From Auanema rhodensis (Eukaryota > Animalia > Nematoda): a stretch of DNA of 64,000 bases. Within the stretch, counting starts at the first letter, position 1. Every line of letters starts with the position of its first letter. The notes below the pieces were generated by a model. It made no database searches. It saw only the letters and a program-made list of their open reading frames with translations, and was not told the origin of the DNA. This document shows positions 55,400-64,000 of this stretch, in pieces. The position numbers were made by a program, and so were the translations under genes. The stretch spans positions 10,602,001-10,666,000 of the forward strand of contig OZ059895.1 in the NCBI GenBank assembly GCA_964057225.1. Reading direction: 5' to 3'.

Positions 55400-56251
55400 T
55401 ATATAGGTGCGATAGATTCTTTTAATCCGGAATCAGAGGAAGCAAAACGGCTAATGAGGGAGACCCATGCTCAGGCTCAAGGACATTCATTGGCTGTAAG
55501 TTTTCATTCAATTTTAAATCACTAGTACTTACCTTCAGATACGGGCAAAAGAGTACAGCTATTTAACGGAAGAGAGTGCATTACTCTCTTTCTCACATTC
55601 CCTTGAATTAATGAACAAAGATTACCAGGCTGACCGAAGAAAATCAATTATCAACGAGATAAATAAGAATAGAGTACTGATTATACGGGAAAGGAGCACT
55701 CACAACGGCTGATTAAAATCGAAAAGGATATAGTGAAGATCACAGCTAAAAACAAGGAAATGGCTGAGAATTGTTTCCAATGCTGCATATGCTGCATCAT
55801 ATGGAAAGATATGATCACCATAATTCCGTGCGGTCACCAAATTTGTATTGATTGCGGCTTCAAAATCATGGAAACATCAAATAAACGGAACCCTGGTAAA
55901 TATTTGTGCCCAGTGGTAGGTAATCATTTTTAAACTTCTCTGATATAAGTATTGCAGTGTCGGCTACCTTTTAAGGACATCGTAAAGGATTTTTCAAAGG
56001 AAGAACGGACCCAATTGAAAAAAGAAATGTTTACGGCTGTGGAGATCCACAAAAGTGAGCATTCCTTTGCGGAATTGAAACAGTACATGAAAGGATGCGG
56101 AAGAAATGAGGAAAGGCTAGCACCCATATTTAGGGTTATTACAATCGATTAGAAATTTGTTTTATGGAAATATAAATGTTTTATTCTATTCTTGTTCTTG
56201 TGCACTACTTTTTTTGTTCAATCAATATATCAACCTATCTATTTATCTATA

Positions 56252-56300
56252 AAATAATCATTTAATTATGCACAAGCCCAATGGGAAGTAATCATTTAAT
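56252..56300 (-). repeat. Right (sub)terminal inverted repeat (34-bp unit)
   Basis: AAATAATCATTTAATTATGCACAAGCCCAATGGGAAGTAATCATTTAAT is the reverse complement of the left repeat. Confidence 0.85.
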
Positions 56301-56304
56301 CCAG

Positions 56305-57203
56305 TCCCGTGGAGTACGAGTGATAGTACGTACGGACCACCAACCGTTACTGACTCTTTTCAAAAGCGTAGCATCTTCTAATAATTTAACACGCTAGGCA
56401 CTTCAACTTTGTAGATATGAAATAGAAATTGAATATGTTAAAGGAGAGATAAACATTGTGGCTGATGCCCTCAGCCGAGGTCCTACACCAGACCCTGAAC
56501 ATACTCAGGAAGAGTCGCTTAGAGTAGCAGATGAGGAAATCATTGCAACAATACAAGCAGAAGATCATCCGGATAATTGGTTGGATTTACTAAGAAATGA
56601 ACAGCCATGGGATCAGGTGATACAAACAGTAGAGAGCAGAATTTTTAAAGAATGGAAACTAGGGAAGCTCAAAATCAAAAGTGAAATGTTCTTCATAAAC
56701 AGTGATAATTTAATTCTCACAGAAGAATCAGGGCGGACAAGAATGGTAGTTCCAGAAAAAAGCGTTTCGAATTAATCGAACTACTACACGCAGGTTATTG
56801 GTCAGGTCACTTTGGACCTAAAAAGCTGATCCAACAGCTTACAGAGAAGTATTTATGGACATCAATAACAAAACATCTATATTCATGGTATATACGATGC
56901 ATGCGTTGCTATCTAGACAAATATCAGAATACAAACAAACCACCGTTGAAACCAATACTCACGTCAAAACCGTACGAGATTATAGGTATGGATGTCGTTG
57001 AGTTGGGTAAGACAACAAGAAGGGCTCGATACGCATTCACAGTGGTAGAAAACTTTTCGAAATGGGCAGCTTTTTACCCCATACCAGATAAATCGTCTAA
57101 TACAATTCTTCAAACGTTTATGGAACGATGGGTAGGATATGGAGGTAGATTGCCTAAAAAGATTATTAGCCATAATGGGCTGGAATTCGACAATAAGGAA
57201 TTG
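56305..57203 (+). pseudogene. pol: Gypsy RNase H / integrase fragment related to the 43-46 kb element
   Basis: VIVRTDHQPL, TR*ALQL, NIVADALSR, HAGYWSGHFG, PPLKPILTSKPYEIIGMDVV, RWVGYGGRLPKKIISHNGLEFDN. Frameshifted. Confidence 0.93.
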
Positions 57204-57410
57204 AGATATAGCACGTGCCCGCCGCAAAACATGATTATTGTGCTTCTGTGCTTACAAATTTTGTTTTAGCTTCTCAATTGACCAATTTTGAGTCCAATGA
57301 GATGTTGCACGTATTTCTAGGACGAATAATAAAATTTTTAGAATGTTTTATTTTTCATAAAAATCAAACGAAATAGCAAGTTGAGCCCGCCGCAAAACAT
57401 GATTATTGTG
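57201..57410 (-). repeat. Diverged 168-bp satellite remnant, reverse orientation
   Basis: GCCCGCCGCAAAACATGATTA occurs twice ~168 bp apart, with GATGTTGCACGTATTTCTAGG between. Confidence 0.92.
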
Positions 57411-57503
57411 AGTTTTACTTAGATAGCTCAACCCACGGCAGCAAATTATCTTCAATCTTATTTCTATATTACAGTTATGAACCAGTAGTTAATGAACCTT
57501 CAT

Positions 57504-57602
57504 GGCCCGGTTAGTAGTTGGATCGGAGACGGCTTGAAAATCCCGTGTGCCGTAAGCTTTTCAAATTTTTTTAACGATCATAACACGTTGAAAGTACGCC
57601 AT
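57504..57602 (+). pseudogene. 5S 3'-half followed by a 5S 5' fragment (3' halves also at ~60757, 61003, 61743, 63937)
   Basis: GGCCCGGTTAGTAGTTGGATCGGAGACGGC...GTAAGC, T-run, then ACGATCATAACACGTTGAAAGTACGCCAT. Confidence 0.8.
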
Positions 57603-58507
57603 GCAGCTGATTTTTAATTTTATCTCTTCCGCAACAAATGTTTCCAATTTTCAAGCAATTTTACTTAGATAGCTCAACCCAAGGCAGCAAATTATCTTCA
57701 ATTTTATTTCTATATTACAGTTATAAACCAGAAGTTAATGAACCTTCATCTTAGCTTTACTGTTTCTCTCTATTTCCTATTGTAACAAACATTGTTTAAA
57801 CACTATACCACTGTGAAACCTTTTTTAATTTATTGTAGTTTGAGCTCATAAGATTTGATATCATCTAGGGATTCAGATAAAACGTGGAAAATTACATAAC
57901 TAGCACAGAAGCTCAAACAGTGGAAGACGAAAGAAAAAATGGAATCGCACTTTAACTACCTCATATAGGACCAATATGGGATATAATGATGACGAACTGG
58001 AAATGGATCATGCCGCTTGTAGCCGTGATTGCCGCTGTTATATACTTCCTCTCTACTTCTGCTTCATTCTTCATGCCAGCTCTTATATCGGTCATACTTT
58101 CCTACTACTGTTTGGAAAAAACCAGCAATCCCCCTGTTGCAATATCAGGAAATGCCTGATTAAATTACATTTCACCCATTGACCTAGTACATATATTAAG
58201 ATATCTGATTACAATATTAAGATATCTGAATACAATTTCAAGAAAATACCGATCATTATTTTATTATTGCGCAACACTAACCCTCCCATTGTATCAATTT
58301 TCTACACAACCTCAAACCATATATAAGCTCGAAGATACGAGCCATTTTTCACTCTTAATTTATTTTTACCACTGAACCTATAACGATCTTATAATAAACT
58401 CTTCTCATTTAACTAACTGTTTGGATTTGCCACTAACTCATATTATCCCCATTAACCGGGGAACAACCGAGTATAGACGCTTGTCATTGGGAACATTAAA
58501 ACACAAA

Positions 58508-58616
58508 CATACCACGTTGAAAGTACGCCATCCCGTCCAATCTGGCACGTCAAGCAAAGTTGGGCCTGGTTAGTAGTTGAATCGGAGACGGCTTCGGAAT
58601 CCCGGGTGGCGTAAGC
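58508..58616 (+). pseudogene. 5S rRNA-derived copy lacking ~9 nt at the 5' end
   Basis: CATACCACGTTGAAAGTACGCCATCCCGTCCAATCTGGCA...GGTTAGTAGTTGAATCGGAGACGGC...GTAAGC followed by a TTTT run. Closely follows nematode 5S, but the 5' GCTTACG is replaced by ACACAAA. Confidence 0.88.
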
Positions 58617-59566
58617 TTTTCAAATTTTTTTAACAATCTTAACACGTTGAAAGTACGCCATGCAGGTGATTTTCAATTTTATCTCTTCCGTAATAAATGT
58701 TTTCAATTTTCAAGCAGTCTTACTTAGATAGCTAAACCCAAGGCAGCAAATTATTTTAAATCTTATTTCTATATTACAGTTATAAACCGGTAGTTAATGA
58801 ACCTTCATCTTAGCTTTACTGTTTCTATCTATTTCCTATTGTAACAAACATTGTGTAAACACTATATAACTGTAAAACCTTTTTTAATTTATTGTATTTG
58901 GAGCTCATAAGATTTGATAACATCGAGGGATTCAGATGAAACGTGGAAAATTACATAACTAACACAGAAGCTCAAACAGTGGAAGACAAAAGAAAAAATG
59001 GAATCGCACTGGAACTACCTCATATAGGACCAATATGGGATATAATGATGACGAACTGGAAATGGATCATGCCGCTTGTAGCCGTGATTGCCGCTGCTAT
59101 ATACTTCCTCTCTACTTCTGCTTCATTCTTCATGCCAGCTCTTATATCGGTCATACTTTCCTACTGCTGTTTGGAAAAAACCAGCAATCCCCCGGTTGCA
59201 GTATCAGGAAATGCCTGATTAAATTACATTTCACCCATTTACCTAGTACATATATTAAGATATCTGATTACAATATTAAGATATCTGAATACAATTTCAA
59301 GAAATTACCGATCATTATTTTATTATTGCGCAACACTAACCCTCCCATTGTATCAACTTTCTACACAACATCAAACCATATATAAACTCGAAGATACGAG
59401 CCATTTTTCACTCTTAATTTAATTCTACCACTGAACCTATACCGATCTCATAATAAACTCTTCTCATTTAACTAACTGATTGGATTCGCCACTAACTCAT
59501 ATTATCCCCATTAACCGGGGAACAACCGAGTATAGACGCTTGTCATGGGGAACATTAAAACACAAA

Positions 59567-59675
59567 CATACCACGTTGAAAGTACGCTATCCTGTCCAAT
59601 CTGGCACGTCAAGCAAAGTTGGGCCTGGTTAGTAGTTGGTTCAGAGATGGCTTGGGAATCCCGGGTACCGTAAGC
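59567..59675 (+). pseudogene. 5S rRNA-derived copy lacking the 5' end
   Basis: Same sequence one repeat unit later, with extra substitutions. Confidence 0.85.
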
Positions 59676-62600
59676 TTTTCAAACTTTTTTAACGATCCTA
59701 ACACGTTGAAAGTACGCCATGCAGTTGATTTTCAATTTTATCTCTTCCGCAACAAATGTTTTCAATTTTCAAGCAGTTTTACTTAGATAGCTCAACCCAA
59801 GGCAACAAATTATCTTTAATTTTATTTCTATATTGCAGTTACGAACCAGTAGTTAATGAACCTTCATTTTAACTTTACTGTTTCTATCGTTTTCCTATCG
59901 TAACAAACATTGTTTAAACACTATACAACTGTGAAACCTTTTTTAATTTATTGTATTTTGAGCTCATAAGATTTGATATCATCGAGGGATTTAGATGGAA
60001 CGTGGAAACTTACATAACTAACACAGAAGCTCGAACAGTGGAAGACGAAGGAAAAAATGGAATCGCACTAGAACTACCTCATATAGAACTAATATATGAT
60101 ATAATGATGACAAACTGGAAATGGATCATGCCGCTTGTAGCCGTGATTGCCGCTGTTAAATACTTCCTCTCTACTTCTGCTTCATTCTTCATGCCAGCTC
60201 TTATATCGGTCATACTTTTCTACTGCTGTTTGGAAAAAACCAGCAATCCCCCTGTTGCAGTATCAGGAAATGCCTAATTAAATTACATTTCACCTATTGA
60301 CTTAGTAGATATTTTAAGATATCTGATTACAATATTAAGATATCTGAATACAATTTCAAGAAAATACCGATCATTATCTTATTATTGCGCAACACTAACC
60401 CTCCCATTGTATCAACTTTCTACACAACCAAAAACCATATATAAGCTCGAAGATACGAGCCATTTTTCACTCTTAATTTAATTCTACCACTGAACCTATA
60501 CCGATCTTATAATAAACTCTTCTCATTCAACTAACTGTTTGGATTCGCCACTAACTCATATTATTTCCATTAACCGGGGAACAACCGAGTATAGACGCTT
60601 GTCATTGGGAACATTAAAACACAAACATACCTCTTCCGTAATAAATGTTTTCAATTTTCAAGCAGTTTTACTTAGATAGCTCAACCCAAGGCAGCAAATT
60701 ATCTTCAATCTTATTCCTATATTACAGTAATGAACCAGTAGTTAATGAACCTTCATGGCCCGGTTAGTACTTGCATCGGAGACAGCTTAGAAATCCCGGG
60801 TGCCGTAAGCTTCTCAAATTTTTTTAACGATCATAACACGTTGAAAGTACGCCATGCAGCTGATTTTCAATTTTATCTCTTCCGTAATAAATGTTTTCAA
60901 TTTTCAAGCAGTTTTACTTAGATAGCTCAACCCACGGCAGCAAATTATCTTCAATCTTATTCCTATATTACAGTTATAAACCAGAAGTTAATGAACCTTC
61001 ATGGCCCGGTTAGTAGTTGAATCGGAGACGGCTTGGGAATCCCGGTTGCCTTAGCTTTTCAAATTTTTTTAACAATCATAACACGTTGAAAGTACGCCAT
61101 GCAGGTGATTTTCAATTTTATCTCTTCCGTAATAACGCTTGTCATTGGGAATATTAAATAGACGCTTGTCATTGGGAATATTAAAACACAAACATACCTC
61201 TTCCGTAATAAATGTTTTCAATTTTCGAGCAGTTTTACTTTTGCAGTATCAGGAAATGCCTAATTAAATTACATTTCACCTATTGACTTAGTAGATATTT
61301 TAAGATATCTGATTACAATATTAAGATATCTGAATACAATTTCAAGAAAATACCGATCATTATCGTATTATTGCGCAACACTAACCCTCCCATTGTATCA
61401 ACTTTCTACACAACCAAAAACCATATATAAGCTCGAAGATACGAGCCATTTTTCACTCTTAATTTAATTCTACCACTGAACCTATACCGATCTTATAATA
61501 AACTCTTCTCATTCAACTAACTGTTTGGATTCGCCACTAACTCATATTATCCCCATTAACCGGGGAACAACCGAGTATAGACGCTTGTCATTGGGAACAT
61601 TAAAACACAAACATACCTCTTCCGTAATAAATGTTTTCAATTTTCAAGCAGTCTTACTTAGATAGCTAAACCCAAGGCAGCAAATTATCTTCAATCTTAT
61701 TCCTATATTACAGTTATGAACCAGTAGTTAATGAACCTCCATGGCCCGGTTAGTAGTTGGATCGGAAACGGCTTGGGAATCCCGGATGGCATAAGCTTTT
61801 CAAATTTTTTTAACAATCATAACACGTTGAAAGTACGCCATGCAGCTGATTTTTAATTTAATCTCTTCCGTAACAAATGTTTTCAATTTTCTAGCAGTCT
61901 TACTTAGATAGCTAAACCCAAGGCAGCAAATTATCTTTAATCTTATTTCTATATAACAGCTATGAACCAGCAGTCAATGAACCTTCATCTTAACTTTACT
62001 GTTTCTATCTTTTTCCTATCGTAACAAACATTGTTGAAACACTATACAACTGTGAAACCTTTTTTAATTTATTGTATTTGGATCTCATAAGATTTGATAT
62101 CATCGAGGAATTTAGATGTAACGTAGAAAATTACATAACTAACACAGAAGCTCAAACAGTGGAAGATGAAGGAAAAAATGGAATCGCACTGGAACTACCT
62201 CATATAGGACCAATATAGGATGTAATGATGACGAACTGGAAATGGATAATGCCACTTGTAACCGTGATTACCGCTGCTATATACTTTCTCTCTACTTCTG
62301 CTTCATTCTTCATGCCAGCTCTTATATCGGTCATACTTTCCTACTGCTGTTTCGAAAAAACCAGCAATCCCCCTGTTGCAGTATCAAGAAATGTCTGATT
62401 AAATTACATCTCACCCATTGACCTAGTACATATATAAAGATATCTGATTACAATATTAAGATATCTGAATACAATTTCAAGAAAATAACGATCATTATTT
62501 TATTATTGCGCAACACTAACTCTCCCATTGTATCAACTTTCTAAACAACATCAAACCATATATAAGCTCGAATATACGAGCCATTTTTTACTCTTAATTT

Positions 62601-62746
62601 AATTTCACCACTGAACCTATACCGATCTTATAATAAACTCTTCTCATTCAACTAACTGTTTGGATTTGCCACTAACTCATATTATCCCTATTAACCGGGG
62701 AACAACCGAGTATAGACGCTTGTCATTGGGAACATTAAAACACAAA

Positions 62747-62855
62747 CATACCACGTTCAAAGTACGCCATCCCGTCCAATCTGGCACGTCGAGCAAAGTT
62801 GGGCCTGGTTAGTAGTTGGATCGGAGACGGCTTGGAAATCCCGGGTGGCATAAGC
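62747..62855 (+). pseudogene. 5S rRNA-derived copy lacking the 5' end
   Basis: Same sequence; GTTAGTAGTTGGATCGGAGAC control-region segment present, followed by a T-run. Confidence 0.87.
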
Positions 62856-63052
62856 TTTTCAAATTTTTTTAACGATCATAACACGTTGAAAGTACGCCAT
62901 GCAGCTGATTTTCAATTTGATCTCTTCCGTAACAAATGTTCTCAATTTTCAATCAGTTCTACTTAGATAGCTCAACCCAAGGCATCAAAATATCTTCAAT
63001 CTAATTTCTATATAACAGTTATAAACCAGCAGTCAATGAACCTTCATCTTAA

Positions 63053-63457
63053 CTTTACTGTTTCTATCTTTTTCCTATCGTAACAAACATTGTTGAAACA
63101 CTATACAACTGTGAAACCTTTTTTAATTTATTGTATTTGGAGCTCATAAGATTTGATATCATCGAGGGATTTAGATGGAACGTGGAAATTTACATAACTA
63201 ACACAGAAGCTCGAACAGTGGAAGACGAAGGAAAAAATGGAATCGCACTAGAACTACCTCATATAGAACTAATATGTGATATAATGATGACGAACTGGAA
63301 ATGGATAATGCCACTTGTAACCGTGATTGCCGCTGCTATATACTTTCTCTCTACTTCTGCTTCATTCTTCATGCCAGCTCTTATATCGGTCATACTTTCC
63401 TACTGCTGTTTAGAAAAAACCAGCAATCCCCCTGTTGCAGTATCAGGAAATGCCTAA
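63053..63457 (+). pseudogene. Transmembrane ORF fragment repeated in each 1059-bp unit, possibly an env glycoprotein C-terminus (also 58943-59218, 59951-60277)
   Basis: Open frame with no true start. ...LELPHI(GPIW/ELIC)DIMMTNWKWIMPLV(A/T)VIAAAIYFLSTSASFFMPALISVILSYCC...: aromatic stem, hydrophobic helices, Cys pair, short tail. Confidence 0.45.
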
Positions 63458-64000
63458 TTGAATTACATTTCACCTATTGACTTAGTAGATATTTTAAGAT
63501 ATCTGATTACAATATTAAGATATCTGAATACAATTTTAAGAAAATACCGATCATTATCTTATTATTGCGCAACACTAACCCTCCCATTGTATCAACTTTC
63601 TAAACAACCTCAAACCATATAAAAGCTCGAATATACAAGCCATTTTTTACTCTTAATTTAATTCTACCACTGAACCTATACCGATCTTATAATAAACTCT
63701 TCTCATTCAACTAACTGTTTGGATTCGCCACTAACTCATATTATCCCCATTAACCGGGGAACACCCGAGTATAGACGCTTGTCATTGGGAACATTAAAAC
63801 ACAAACATACCTCTTCCGTAATAATTGTTTTCAATTTTCAAGCAGTCTTACTTAGATAGCTAAACCCAAGGCAGCAAATTATCTTCAATCTTATTCCTAT
63901 ATTACAGTTATGAACCAGTAGTTAATGAACCTCCATGGCCCGGTTAGTAGTTGGATCGCAGACGGCTTGGGAATCCCGGATGGCATAAGCTTTTCAAATT

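Larger units (their letters stand above)
49825..56152 (+). pseudogene. Spliced multidomain protein: SET, post-SET Cys cluster, Zn-finger, tyrosine recombinase, RING-HC
   Basis: SET ~49874-50263: GLEIKKIGIGR|GVFTKKTFKKNVVVTAY...YGNLISHATGSHANT...ILVITKRLIYCGEQLLIDY. DCICCKC at ~50344-50365. CPFC...YRDHIKK at 50545-50610. Recombinase: YLCFHLLYNLGVQSE (53591-53635), SKNGQTLYVVV, YLFAN, LFRRTY (53975-53991), AQAQGHSLA|IRAKEY (55469-55556). RING: CCIC...PCGHQICIDC...CPV|CR (55781-55963, intron 55916-55957). Several stops and frameshifts, plus two nested TEs. Confidence 0.8.
47174..56300. mobile_element. Crypton-like tyrosine-recombinase DNA element with two divergent genes (decayed, with two nested insertions)
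   Basis: 44-bp inverted repeats at 47174-47217 and 56252-56295 (41/44 identical). Divergent spliced genes inside, with tyrosine-recombinase motifs in the plus-strand gene. A uniform oriented CGGCT signature is nearly absent from the nested elements. Confidence 0.75.
57411..64000 (+). repeat. ~1059-bp tandem repeat (5S-derived sequence plus env-like ORF) with rearranged subunits
   Basis: Marker GCTC(A/G)AACAGTGGAAGA at 57911, 58970, 60029, 62150 and 63209. Scrambled partial units at ~60630-61800. Continues off the right edge. Confidence 0.95.

Noticed and set aside
47174-56300. Maverick/Polinton, Helitron or DDE (Chapaev/Mutator) identity for the large element
   Set aside because: No polB, own integrase, Rep/helicase or DDE motifs were found outside the nested TEs, whereas tyrosine-recombinase motifs appear in the correct order.
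57976-59385. ORFs MGYNDDELEMDHAACSRDCRC...
   Set aside because: Alternative frame of the transmembrane ORF, with inconsistent length between repeat units.
58499-62860. Functional 5S rRNA gene cluster
   Set aside because: All copies lack the 5' terminal helix strand and differ from one another at many sites, unlike homogenised rDNA.

Overview
AT-rich eukaryotic, very probably nematode, repeat-rich DNA. The taxon call rests on a C. elegans-like 5S rRNA sequence, a nematode-type tRNA-Pro primer-binding site and short GT-AG introns. Layout: (1) 1-39.1 kb is a ~168-bp satellite in A/B dimers (~336 bp) with shifting higher-order repeats and a fold-back inversion at ~36.75-38.75 kb. (2) 39.7-42.6 kb is an older satellite block in the opposite orientation. 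(3) 42.6-46.8 kb is a decayed Ty3/Gypsy element with a duplicated 5' LTR. (4) ~47.2-56.3 kb is the main finding: an inverted-repeat-bounded, intron-rich DNA element with two divergent genes. Manual splicing and removal of two nested insertions (an LTR/gag fragment and a Tc1) reconstructs one decayed multidomain protein: SET methyltransferase, post-SET Cys cluster, Zn-finger, tyrosine recombinase and C3HC4 RING (Crypton-like). The element carries about 43 copies of CGGCT, nearly all pointing away from its AT-rich centre. (5) 56.3-57.4 kb is a second Gypsy RNaseH/integrase fragment plus a satellite remnant. (6) 57.4-64 kb is a ~1059-bp tandem repeat joining a 5'-truncated 5S rRNA to an env-like transmembrane ORF. 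All alignments, translations and counts were done by eye, and boundaries may be off by a few bases.
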